Below, one piece after another: positions 12,276 through 59,614 of a DNA stretch of 64,000 nucleotides. Where the stretch lies: positions 111,104,001 to 111,168,000 of the forward strand of contig OX597821.1 of the NCBI GenBank assembly GCA_951406725.2. Reading direction: 5' to 3'. A model generated the notes under the pieces. That model worked only from the letters and a program-made list of their open reading frames with translations, had not been told where the DNA came from and did no database searches. The translations under genes were made by a program, and so were the position numbers. Origin of the DNA: Octopus vulgaris (lineage: Eukaryota). How positions within the stretch are numbered: position 1 is the stretch's first letter; every line of letters starts with the position of its first letter.

Positions 12276-12331
12276 AATTTGTCAAAATATTTTCGTCGCT
12301 TTGAGACCGCGACCTGTTCACTGACAAAATT
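12276..12331 (-). ncRNA. Hammerhead-like ribozyme fold (type I, minimal stem III) with G3-C8 core variant
   Basis: UUUGUCA GUGAACA G GUCGC-ggucucaaa-GCGAC GAA AAUAUU U UGACAAA. Confidence 0.55.
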
Positions 12332-12577
12332 CCGTGCTGCATCTGATATATATAAATAAATAATTTCATATTATGTGTGTGTGTGTGCTTTACTCAAATT
12401 AGTTTGTATGTAATAAAAAAAAAATCGTAAGGTTACTTCCAAGCCCTATGGTTAAGAGTTTAGTCTCACAGCGTAGCACCTAGAGCGACTATTTTTTCAG
12501 GATTTAGTACAGGAAAACTAAAACTAAAGTTTGTATGAGGAGGAACGTATATGTGTGTGGGTGTGTATATATATATA

Positions 12578-12659
<82 letters not shown>

Positions 12660-13089
12660 TATATATATCGTTTCTCTTTTTATTTGTTGCTTTTTTTCGT
12701 TGTTCGAAAAAAAGTTCGTTTTCTGTGTTTTTGTTTTTATGTTCCCGTTTCTCATTCTGTCCACGTTTTTTTGATGTCCTGTACCCATATATACATATAT
12801 ATGTAGGTATGTACATATGCATATATTTATATGAATATATAGGTACAGGACATCAAAAAAAAAAAAAAAACGTGGACAGAATGAGAAACGAAAACATAAA
12901 AACAAAAATATAAAAAAATGAACTTTTCTTCGAACAACGAAAAAAAAACCCCAAATAAACAGAAAAACGAGACATGCAACATAAAGAACATTCCCTTCGT
13001 CAGTTGTCCCCTGTTTCATCTATTCCGCGTCTCGAAGATAAGGACAAGATGCGACTCCGTTAAAACAATCCTTCCCACAAAGCAAATTA

Positions 13090-13368
13090 GGCGATCTTTC
13101 GGTACAAGTACCATAACTGCCAAGTCTGTTTACATTTGAAGAAGAAACTTTTTTCCCAAACCACTAACCCTAACCCCACATATATAAAAGAAAAAAAACT
13201 TTACGGAAAGTGACGAAGAAGATCGTCACTTTCCGTAAAGTTTTTTTTTTTTTTATGTGGGATTAGGGTTAGGGGTTTGGGAAAAAGGTTTCTTTTTTCT
13301 TCAGAAATGTAAATAAACCCACGTGGGTTTATAACTGGCAGTTATGGTACTTGTAGCGAAAGACCGCC
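13090..13368. mobile_element. Hairpin MITE with 8-bp TSD (Merlin-like)
   Basis: TIR ggcgatctttcggtacaagtaccataactgcca / tggcagttatggtacttgtagcgaaagaccgcc; TSD gcaaatta; inverted along almost its whole length. Confidence 0.9.
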
Positions 13369-14186
13369 GCAAATTAAATGAAATTTCGGATTTTTTTGCG
13401 GAGGGTGAAAGTGATAACAAAAACAGGACAGAGAGAAAAAAGTAAAAACAAACGGTGAGGGCTAAGCCAAGGCGATGGGAAGGGGTGAACATTATATATG
13501 TCCTTCACCATCAAACTAACCAGCGTTAGTTTGTTTACATCCCCGACAAAAAAAAAAAATAGACACCGATAACTTAAGTACCAGGCTCTTCCCCACGAAA
13601 ATAAATAAACAAAGAAACAAATAAATAATTGGGTAACGAATAGGTTCTGGAGTCGATTTATCCGACAATAATCTCTTCAAGGCAGTCGTGCTCCAGCATG
13701 GCCGTTGCCTAGTCACCGAAAACAAGTAACATATATCTGAATAAAACTTGCGTAAAACTTTGAGATCTCGTTAGAACGAGACTTCAGCGTGACATTCTAC
13801 AAGACGCTTTTTAATAGATTTCAATTTCAAACTAAACTCCTGCTGTATATATATATACACACGCGTATATATATATAGCCTATATTTGTGTATATTAATT
13901 TTATACATATAATATATATACACACAGCAAAAGAGAAAAAAAGGAGCGATCAGATACCGTTGCCAGGTGGAAATTAGAGTAACACACACACATATATATA
14001 TATATATAAATACACGCGCATATATAATATATATTATATAGTGTTGTGTTGTGTTGGAGTCTTTGTTGTTACTAATAATAATAATAATAACAATAATCAT
14101 AATCAGACTTCCTGGTAGAGAGAGAGAGACACACACACACACACAAACAGTGGAAGAAATACCTAATTATCTAATTACCTACGACC

Positions 14187-48613
<34,427 letters not shown>

Positions 48614-49808
48614 ACTACTTTTATTATTTGCATTCAGCAAGGAATTTATATATATACATATATAGATACATGTATGTATATCACACACATGCTCACACAC
48701 ACACACACACACAGACACCCTAATATTTATACATACGTATACGTATGTGTATATATCTTTTTCCCAATTAACATTGTGATGTATATAAATAATATAAGTA
48801 CACATATGTACTTGTATTTGTATAGAAGCAAATATATATATGTACACACACAGATGTATGTGTGTGTGCCTAAACTCCATACCTACCCACATAATTTATA
48901 TATTCATAGAACCAACACACAAACATAAGTTTACACAAGCACACACACACACAAAACCATGTATGTAGGTATGTGTCTATGTATATATACATACACACAC
49001 ATGCACACATATATGCACATATATATATTTACACTTGCAATATATGCCACATTACTCTAATTATAACATGACTTGTTTTAATCCCTCCACTAATATATAT
49101 TTGATATAAGCGACAGATTGTTAGAAATTAAAACAACAGAACAAAAGAAATAAAGAACAACAAACACTCAACAGAATAGAAATTAAGACATTTAAAAAAA
49201 ATATACTCTATTTAATGGCCTAAAAGATGCATGAGTGTATTAAATGCACCCCAATCCCAATTTTAACATTGTATATTCAGGAAAAAAGCTTATTGCATGT
49301 AATATTTAAAACAGTCTAGCAGTGCATTACAGGACACTCGAGAAGCACCTTAGCTATAGCAGAAAATGTTATTGTATATGAAAAGGCAGTTAGGGTTAGG
49401 GTTATCATAATAATGGAAATATTCTACAAGATTACTGGGAATTAGTTGGTATTGGCAAACACTGCTGGTCCACTCTGTTATAAGTTCTTTTACAGCAGAA
49501 GTAATGACAATAATAATAATAATAATAATAATGATTAAGTGAATATTATTATTGTTATTATTATTAGTAGTAGTGTGATTATTATTATTGGATAAGGTGA
49601 CAAGCTGGCAGAACCATTAGCATGCTGGGTAAAATGCTTAGCAGCATTTTGTCCATCTTAATGTTCTGGGTTCAAATGCTGCTGAGGCCAACTTTGCCTT
49701 TCATCCTTTTGAGGGTCGATAAAATAAAGTACCAGTTGCATACTGGGGTTGATGCAATTAACTTATACCCTCCCTTGAACTTGCTGGCCTTGTGTCAAAA
49801 TTTGAAAC

Positions 49809-49853
<45 letters not shown>

Positions 49854-50071
49854 AGTGGTGAGCTGGCAGAATTGTTAGGACGCCAGGCAAAATTTTTCAT
49901 CTGTCTTTATGTTCCGAGTTCAAATTCCACCAAAATTGACTTTGCCTTTTATCCTTTTTGGGACAGGGGTCATTAAAATAAGCACCAGTTGAAGACTGGG
50001 GTTGATCAAACCAACATCCTTTCCCACCAAAACTGCTGGCTTTGTGCCAATATTTGAAACGATCATTATTA

Positions 50072-50102
<31 letters not shown>

Positions 50103-51343
50103 ACCAGACTAATTTGAAGTGACTGTCTGAATTCAAAATTAGTCTGTAGTTGTGAGCGTCAAAGACAAAATTAGCTTTATGGGAGGTCCCTCTTTTGGTG
50201 TAGGACCCAGATAGATTTTTTTTGAGGGGCGGGGGGAAAAAGTGTTTCTTCTATGCCATCAAATATGGTATATGCTATTCTTTTTCTCGTTATCTGCTTC
50301 CTGAATATGGTAAATAAGATTGTACGTGAGGCAGCTTCAGTGTGTTCTGACTTAAGAATTAAGGTGTTCATGCAACTATTCAAGGTCTTACCTTTCTTTC
50401 CCTTTTCACTTTCTCTTACAGCCCCTATTTCTGCCCCACCCCACCATTTCAGACCCCATTACCCCTTGTCCTATTTCTCTTCTGTATTAATTGATTTAAA
50501 TTACAAAGCAAGCTTCTATTAATGTGAACAGTATAAGCTAACTGCTAAGTTAACGACCATATTAATTAACGTATGACAACCTCTTTTCATACATGCATAA
50601 CATACAGATGGGTGTATATAAAATGAACAAATGAACGCAAGCGTTTTTATATCAATGTATGTATACGCTATCTGCATACACGCACATATGTATAGGAAAA
50701 AACAAAATAAGCATGAAAGTGGTTAGTACACCCTTGTAAGAGAAGTACGTAGTATATCTCTCTCTCTCTCACTCTCTATCTATCTATCTATCTATCTATA
50801 TATATATATGTATTATAATTAAGGGCATCTAAGAGATACCACCACGCTAGAAATAGCAGCCAAAACTTGACTCTAAAACCACATTAAATGTTCATTCAGC
50901 ATCAGGAGAGAAGACAAAGAGACAAAATAAACTAGCAAAAAATTACTAGATAATTCCAGATCCCGGAATGGCTCTGCATAAGAAATGCTTTGCCTTCATC
51001 AGTGGGATAAAGTATATATATATATATATATATATATATACTTTATAATTAGGGTTCAGCAAAGATTTGCTTTACCACATACCGAAGTTTAGAAATAGCA
51101 GCCAAAGCTCCAGGTACTTTGTTTCTGTCCAGGAGCTTCTTTTTAAAGTAGAGGAAATAGCTAAGGTTTTTTGGCTGCTACTTCTAAACTTCTGTATGTG
51201 GTAAAGCAAATCTTTGCTGAACCCTAATTATAAAGTATTACTTAAGTTTACCGAGAAATGGTCCTTTTTCATGCCAAATTCCACTTGGTGAAATTATTGA
51301 TTACTAGTTAATTAATTAATTTTACCCTTTGTTATTATGGATA

Positions 51344-51374
<31 letters not shown>

Positions 51375-51608
51375 GTGTGTGTGTATATATATAGCAGCCA
51401 TTTACTCAACATGCAGGAATTGAACACCTATTTTGTATATCTTTAACTAACTCTGAAGAGATTTGACTTTCAAATAATTTTTCATTTAATTAATTAATTT
51501 CTCTGAAGGTCTAGAATTGAAACAGCTGTAAGGGATGTTTGTCAATTTTTTAATTAATGAATAATAATAATAATTTATTAATTATCTCTCAAATTTCTCA
51601 TCTTATTG

Positions 51609-51657
<49 letters not shown>

Positions 51658-51808
51658 CATACATACCTAATTAGGAATTATATATTATTTACTTTGTGGC
51701 CCTAGTTGCTTTCTTCTCAGAATTGTAATAAATCTTACTGCACTGTAATTCCTCTATCCAATATAAATTTGAATTTTTCTTCTCAATCTATGGAAAAAGT
51801 AAATGAAA

Positions 51809-51809
51809 A

Positions 51810-51842
<33 letters not shown>

Positions 51843-51877
51843 CACTACCACCACCACCACCACCACCACTACCACCA
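51809..51877. repeat. (TAC)n/(CAC)n trinucleotide repeat
   Basis: Directly visible. Confidence 0.9.
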
Positions 51878-52948
51878 TTATCATCCATTGACAAAGTTTT
51901 GATTTCTAGGTTGTGATAGTTTTAGGCATAAATGCTAAAACATCCCACTTTCTTGTGGCCCCTTTTCCCCTCTAGATCTGAAATTTCAATTATATAATCA
52001 ACAAGATTATTATTATTATTATTATTACTATTATTGATAATATGGCAGGCTGAGTTCAATTCCTGCCAAGATCAATATTGCCTTTCATCCTTTCAGGGTT
52101 GATAAAATGAAGTCCCAGTCAAGAGCTGGAATCGACGGTGTCAGCTGACCGCTTCCTCCCTACAGAATCGTTGACCTTGTGCCTAAAATCAGAAACCATT
52201 ATTTTTCTTCTTATTATTATTATTATTGATAATGTGGCAAGTTAGCAGAATTGTTAAAAGTATCAGAAAAAAAATGCCTTATGCTATTTCTTCTGGTTCT
52301 TTCCATTCTGAGTTCAAATCCTGCTAATGTAGACTCTACCTTTCATCCATTTTGAGTCAGGATAATTGAGCACCTGTCAGGCATTAAGGTCGACGGCATC
52401 AACCAGCTCCCTCCCTTTAAAATTGCTGGCCTTGTGCCTAAGTTAGAAACAATTATTTTTGTTTTATTGCTATATTTATTAGTAAAAATATCTCCATGGT
52501 TTTCAATGGATTATATAATCTTGCAAAATAATAATTATTATTATTATTACTATCATTATTATTATTATTAATAATATTAACATTATTGCTTCTTTATTTG
52601 CTAAATATTTTGATACCATAGAAATATTAACATACACACACATCAACCAGTAATACATTAATAAATGTTAATATATATAGATTGACAACCTGCTACAATT
52701 ATAATTTCTTATATTATCATTATTATTATTATTTTTTTTTTTTCAAATTTTGACATGTTTCCTTAAAACTGTGATATAAAGTTTGTGGAGTATAATAATT
52801 ATAATAAAAATATATATATGCTATACACAAGCTATGTGAAACTTAAAATGTGTGTTTGTGTCTTCTTTTCTTCTAAACTCTTTTGTTATTAGAAAAAAAT
52901 TACTATTTTTAAATCTCACAATGTGAGATATTCAGCAAGAGTACTTTG

Positions 52949-53205
52949 GAGTAAAGATTGTTTGCCAACATAACATGGTAGTCCTGGTTTAGGACGAATG
53001 TTGCTGTAATTTAGTCCCAGGAGACATCATCTCCAGCTGGCTATACAACATGATATTTGTCCTTACATTTGCCTTGTTTGAAAATATAAGGACACAGATC
53101 GTGTCGTATAGCCAGCTGGAGACGATGTCTCTTGGAGCTAAATTACAGCAACATTCGAGCTAAACCAGGACCGCTAATGTTATATTGGCAAACAATCTTT
53201 TACTC
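52949..53205. mobile_element. Hairpin MITE-like element
   Basis: About 120-bp imperfect arms gagtaaagattgtttgccaa... / ...ttggcaaacaatcttttactc. Confidence 0.75.
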
Positions 53206-55761
53206 TTTTGTTATTGTTCTTAGTGGCACTCTCATAGAATTGTTAGCACGCCGGGCGAAATGCTTAGCGGTGTTTCGTCTGCTACTGCATGCCGAGTTCA
53301 AATTCTGCCCAGATCAACTTCGCTTTCCATCCTTTCAGGGTTGATGTAATCGACTAGCCCCCTTCCCCCAAAAATATTCTTGAGGCCTTGTGCTAAGAGT
53401 AGAAATGATTCTTGTTAGTGGCACTTTGTTGATTCTGACAAGTGGTCCAGTTGACCCAATCAATGGAACAGTCCTTTTATAAAATCACTATGCAAGTGAC
53501 TGTGTACTCCACAGACATGCGTACCCTTAACTTAGTTCTCAGAGAGATTCAGCGTGACACAGAATGTGACAAGGCTGACCCTTTGAAATACAGGTGCTAC
53601 TCATTTCCACCAGCTGAGTGAACTTAGGCAACATGAAATAAAGTGTCTTGCTCAAGGACACATTGCTGGGAATTGAACTCACAACCACAGGAACATCAAC
53701 CCAATACCCTACCTACAAAACTATGTGCCTTATTACCACGTTTCTGTTGAAATACACTGCTCTTGTTTCAATTAATTTTGAAAATAACGAAGAATTCAGT
53801 AGAATAACTTTTGATGGAAGGTTTTAATTCAGCTCATATTAAAACAAGAAACAATTTATCATAGAACCAGACTTGGTATCAAAAGGGCTCATCAAAAATC
53901 AATGGAAATTGTAATTGTGATCCCTGTGCCGGTGGCATGTAAAAAGCGCCATCCGAATGTGGCCGATGCCAGCGCCGCCTCGACTGGCTTCTGTGCCGGT
54001 GCACGTAAAAAGCACCAATCCGATCGTGATCATTGCCAGCCTCCCCTGGCACCTCTGCCGGTGGAAGTAAAAAGCACCCACTACACTCACGGAGTGGTTG
54101 GTGTTAGGAAGGGTATCCAGCTGTAGAAACACTGCCAGATCAGACTGAAGTCTGGTGCAGCCTTCTGGCTTCCCAGGTCCTGGTCGAACCGTCCATCCCA
54201 TGCTAGCATTGAAAGCGGACGTTAAACGATGATGCCTCTAACTAATGAAGGGTCTTGTATCAAAACGAAATCAACTGGTTCCAATATCTGTCGATTCAAC
54301 AAAACAACAAAGATGTTATTGAATCTTTGGAAGCAATGATGAAACCGCTAAGATTCTTGAAATGGATAACAATGCTTCTTTGGGAGCATTTTGAACTTGC
54401 AAGGGTGTGTGTGTGTGGAGAGGAAAGGTACTGGATATTTGGAGGAGTTGTGATTTTACTTAGAAACAGAATAGTTAAACCAAGTAAAATTCTTATATTT
54501 CAAACATCATTATTTAACATCTGTTTTCCATGCTATCATGGGTTGGATGGTTTGACAGAAGCTGGACCCAGTTGCCTGTTTCGGCATGGTTTCTATGGCT
54601 GGATGCCCTTCCTTATGGCAATCACTTTACCAAGTCTACTGGCTGCATTTTATGTAGCACCAGCACAGGTGCTTTTTCATGTGGTGCCAGGAAAGGTGCT
54701 TTTTACATTCTTTTACTTGTTTCAGTCATTTGACTGCGGCCATGCTGGGGCACCGCCTTTAGTCAAGCAAATCAACCCCAGGACTTATTATTTGTAAGCC
54801 TAGTACTTATTCTATCGGTCTTTTCCCAAACCGTAACACACCAGCATCAGTTGTCAAGCGATGTTGCGGGGACAAACACAGACACACAAGCATACACACA
54901 CACACATGCATATACATATATATATAAGTATGATGGGTTTCTTTCAGTTTCCATCTATCAATTCCACTCACAAAGCTTTGGTCGGCCTGAGGATATAGAA
55001 GAAACTTGCCCAAGGTGCCATGCAGTGGGACTGAACCCGGAACCATGTGGTTGGGAAGCAAGTTACTTACCACAGAGCCACTCCTGCGCCTGCACATGGT
55101 GACAATTCTAAAAATCTTCATATTACAATACAAGTAAGGCCACTGGACATTGGGGTTAACAATGAGCAGAAACATGACTGATGATACACAAAGTAAGCTT
55201 TATAACTTAATGCAAACATATTTGCTGTGAGGTTAAGGAACTTGCTTCTGAATGATGTGGTCTTGGGTTCAGTTCCACTGCATGACACCTTAGGCAAGTG
55301 TCTTTTACTTAAGCCCAGACTGAGCAGAGCCACATCAGTGGATTTGGTGATGGAAACTGAAAGAAGCCCACCATGTATCTATAGCTCTCTGTATGTATAT
55401 ATGTAGTAAAACAAGACTGGAAACATTTTTGGTATAATTTGGAGTTTGATGAATTGCCTACACAGCTGAGCACTTTATAAGTGTGAAACCAATGGTCAGT
55501 TACTGAGAGGTCATAACAAAGAACTTTATATATATAATCAAAATATTACATCAATTGATGTAATATTTGCATTGTTCAATTAAATGGAGTTGCATGAAAC
55601 GATCGTACTGCATTACCTCTGGATATCCTTGTTGCTTATTTTGATTATAATCACTCCATTTTGAATTATATGGATAATACCATACCAAATTCTGGTGCGT
55701 TTAACTTAAGTACCATATTCAACTGAATCTAAATTTTACTGAACTTATATATATATATATA

Positions 55762-56952
55762 GCTTGTCGAGTTCCTTGAGGACATTACTCAGATCACTGA
55801 CAGTGGCTCATGGGTGGATGTTGTCTACCTTGACTTTGCTAAGGCTTTCAACTCTGTGCCACACAAAAGGCTTATGGTGAAACTCTGCAATGGGTGTGGG
55901 GGATGACCTTTTTAACTGGTTGAAATCCTTCATCCTCAGCCGAAAGGAGGTAGTCACAGTTCTAGGACAGCACTCTACACCATATGAGATGTCATCGGGT
56001 GTACCACAGGGATCTGTCCTTGGTCCCCTCCTGTTTGTGGCATACATTAATGACATAGATGCCAATTTAAAGAATGCCACAGTATTGAAATATGCAGACG
56101 GCATCAAGCTGTACCTTGAAATCAAGAGGACTGATCCTGATGTCTACAACTCTTTCCTGCAATCAGACCTAGACACAATGCAGCAATGGATCACAGACTG
56201 GCAACTGAAACTGGCTGTGGACAAGTGTACCACCATGCATTTTGGGAGAAAAAACCCTGCGTCCACATACTCCCTCCACAACACTGATATCAAGAAATCC
56301 TCTTGCGAGCATGACCTAGGCATCACTGTCAGCAGTGATTTGCGTTGGACAAAGCATATCTCTAAAATTGTCAAGAAGGCCGAGGGTGTCTTGGCATCAC
56401 TCAGCAAGACTTTTGTTAGCCGCTCTCCAGCCATCTATTTAAAACTGTATACAGCTATGGTACGACCACACTTGGAATTCGCATCATCAGTTTGGAATCC
56501 CTATCTTGCTCAGAACATTGACCTGCTGGAATCTGTCCAGAGACGTGCAACCAAACGCATACCCTCCATCAGACACCTACCATATTCTGAGCGCCTTGTT
56601 TCCCTGGGCATGGATTCACTGAAGCTCCGGCGTCTGGCGACGGACTTGGTAAACACCCACAAGGTTATCAACCACCTCACCAACAACAACACTGAACACC
56701 TTTTTGATCTCCATGTGTCTAACACACGTGGACATGCCTACAAAGTCAGAAAACAGCACAGCTCCCATGACTTTCGGAAACATTCTTTCACGCTCAGGGT
56801 TGCTGAAGCGTGGAATAAACTGCCTGCGTCAGTTGTTGACTGCCATGACACTGCATCCTTTAAGGCCCTCATGCTTTCCGAAATCCGCCGACACTACACC
56901 TGATTATATATACACTTTAGATGAGTTGTAGTGCACCTGAGCACTGTACACA

Positions 56953-56980
<28 letters not shown>
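55762..56980 (+). mobile_element. 5'-truncated CR1-group LINE (reverse transcriptase C-terminal part), inactive
   Basis: VYLDFAKAFNSVPH, a frameshift near 55888, then GVPQGSVLGPLLF, YADG (YADD mutated), VRPHLEFAS.VWNP, LESVQRRATK, TRGH and WNKLP. Short 3' UTR with a (TAT)n tail; (TA)n on both sides. Confidence 0.92.
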
Positions 56981-56996
<16 letters not shown>

Positions 56997-57137
56997 GGGT
57001 ACTTGGAAGGTCTTCACAACAATGAAGTCAAGATGAAAAAGAATGGCATAATCAAGACAGAAATGGAAGTGCATTGTGACCAGCGGTGTATGACAGAATC
57101 TTATTGTCTGGTCATTACTGTGAGACTATGACATATA

Positions 57138-58472
57138 TTAGGTTGTCTGGAAAGTTCTGAGCAGTTTTTAATATGCAAAAAGGGATAAAAATAATTGACC
57201 CTTTTTTCAATGAAATGATTTCCATTATTATTAATGATCTTTGCCTATCTATCAGGCAATTTAAATTTAGAAAAGGAGAAAATGCTGCAAAGACTTGCGA
57301 AAACATTTAAATTTAAATTTAAATTTTCCATCAGCATAAACTTCGACTGATTTTGATGGAAAAAGTTATCTAGGTGTGTTTTAACTCTATCTAAATATCT
57401 AAATCATTAAATTTTGTTTCTTTGCAATGAGTTCTGTAGAGACAAAAATAAGTGGTAGTTGGACGGCGCAGTATCAGGAGAATATTGTGGATGGGGTAAG
57501 AGATTCCAGCCAAGTTCATGTAACTTTGTTCAGATAGCCATACACACATGTGGTCAGTCTTTGTCTTGTTGGAGCACCATTCCTTTCCTGTTGGCAATCT
57601 CTGGCCTCAATTCTTTGATTTTTTGGTTCAAAATAGCCAGCTGATGACAGTACACATGAGAATTAATGGTCTGGTTTTGTGGGAGAAGCTCATAATAAAT
57701 AATGCCTTTATAATCCCACCATACACAAAGCATAACTTTTTTGGCATGGATATTCATCTTTGGTTGCTGTTTTATGGGATCCTTATGCAAACTCCAGGAT
57801 CTTTTTTACACTATGTTTTTGTACACAATCCATTTTTCATCTCCAGTTACAAGTTGTTTCAAAAAAGGCATGCTTTCATTCCGTTTGAAAAGCATATCAC
57901 AAATGGAATACTGGTCCAAGCAATTCTCTTCTGAGAGTTTGTGAGGGACCCATACATTATAGCAAGAAATGTATCCTAGCTTCACGAAGAGTTTATGAGC
58001 CGTACTTTTAGAAACTTCCAACTCTTCTGCAAGTTCTCTAGTCGTGATATTTGAGTTTTCTTTGATCTTTGCTTTCAAAACATCTTCATCCAATTTTGAA
58101 GGTCTTCCACTGCGACTGTCATCTTCCAAGATAAACTCTCCAGCTTTAAATTTTGCAAACCACCTTCAAACTGTTGATTCACCTACAGCATCATTATCAC
58201 CGTAAACTTCACAAATGTTTTCGCAAATCTTTGCAGCATTTTCTCCTTTTCTAAAAAAAAGAAAAGCATTACAGCACGAAAATGAAATTTTTGGTTATCC
58301 ATTTCAAATGTCAATAAAGAGTAACCGGAATGAAAGATAAATCTATTTTTAGTCAGGAACAATGAAGAGATGCACTACCACCTCAAGCAACGCCAAAGTT
58401 TTAACTGTGTTACATTTCAGGTGTGTTCAATAAAGCATTAAAAGATTTAGCTTAAAAACGCTCAGAACTTTC
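57138..58472 (-). mobile_element. Second decayed mariner transposon (different family, rearranged)
   Basis: TIR remnants gaaagttctgagcagttttta / taaaaacgctcagaactttc; fragments RSGRP, WVPHKL, VTGDEKWIVY and KVMLCVWWD; the C-terminal YSPDL region is not seen. Confidence 0.9.
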
Positions 58473-59596
58473 TATATCATCATCATCATTTAATGTTAGC
58501 TGTCCATATTAGTATGGGTTGGACAGTATGACCTGAGCTGGCAAGCCAGAGGGCTGCACTGGGTTCCGGTCTGATTTGGTGGGGTTTCTACAGCTGGACA
58601 TGCTTCCTAGTGCCAACTACTTTACAGAGGGTGTTGGATGCTTTTACATGGCACTACCATGATTGCTTTACTCACCCAGAAGGATCGGTAAAGCACTCAC
58701 GGCGGTGCCACATAAAAGCACTCATGTGGTGTGGTAAGAAACTTGTTTCCCAACCGCATAACTCCGAGTTCAGTCCCATTGCATGGCACCTTGGGCAAGC
58801 GTCTTCTACTGTAGCCTCAGGCTGACCAAAGCCTTGTGTACTGATTTGGTAGATGGAAACTGAAAGAAGCCTGTCGTATATAAATGTATATATATATGTC
58901 TATATCTGTGTGTGTCTTTGTGTCTGTGGTTGTCCCCTACCAATATTTGTCAACCAGTGTTTGTTTGTTTACGTCCCCATAAACTAGAAGTTTGGCAAAA
59001 GAAACTGATAGAATAAATACTAGGCTTACAAAAAATAAGTGCTGGGGTCGATTTCTTTGATCAAAACCCTTCAAGGCGGAGCTCCAGCATGGCCACAGTG
59101 AACTGACTCAAACAAGTAAAAGAATAAAAGAATATATGCGTGTGTGTGTGAGTGTGTGTGTGTGTTATGTGTGTGTGTGAGTGTGTATTATGTGTGTTTG
59201 TGTGAGTGTGGTAGAGCGCGCGTGCGTATGTAATTGGGTTTGTGCACCTCCCCCACACACACACACACCGCTTGACAACTGATGTTTTGTTTGTATCCAA
59301 GTAACGTAGCGGTTCGACAAAAAAGAGACCGATTGAATAAGTACCAGGTTTAGAAAACATATAACAAGTCCTGGAAACGATTCCCTCTGCTAAAACCCGT
59401 CAAGGTGGTGCCCGAGTATGGCCGCAGTACAAAGCCTGAAACACGTAAATAAGATCAAAAGGAGAAGAGTTGAAAACATTTCAGGGACACGTTTTCCCCT
59501 TACACCGCTTCAACCAAACCGGTGTCGCTGTAAATCCTGTCCAGCTATTAATAATTTTTCACGTGTTTGTTTGGAATATTTTGTTTATCTCAAATA

Positions 59597-59614
59597 ATGT
59601 TATTACGATATGTG
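59597..59614 (+). CDS. CLPP: Probable CLPP first coding mini-exon (MLLRYV)
   Basis: ATG TTA TTA CGA TAT GTG|GTAATT joins in phase 0 to the acceptor at 60370, giving an Arg-rich, acid-free presequence. Inferred; there is no homology support. Confidence 0.55.

Noticed and set aside
50847-50860. gctagaaatagca resembles the Cas9 sgRNA scaffold
   Set aside because: Only about 13 nt match. The motif recurs in endogenous repeats (about 6612, 16271, 17542, 18384, 51089) without the rest of the scaffold.
55890-56903. Functional or domesticated reverse transcriptase gene
   Set aside because: 5'-truncated, frameshifted near 55888, and catalytic YADD is changed to YADG.
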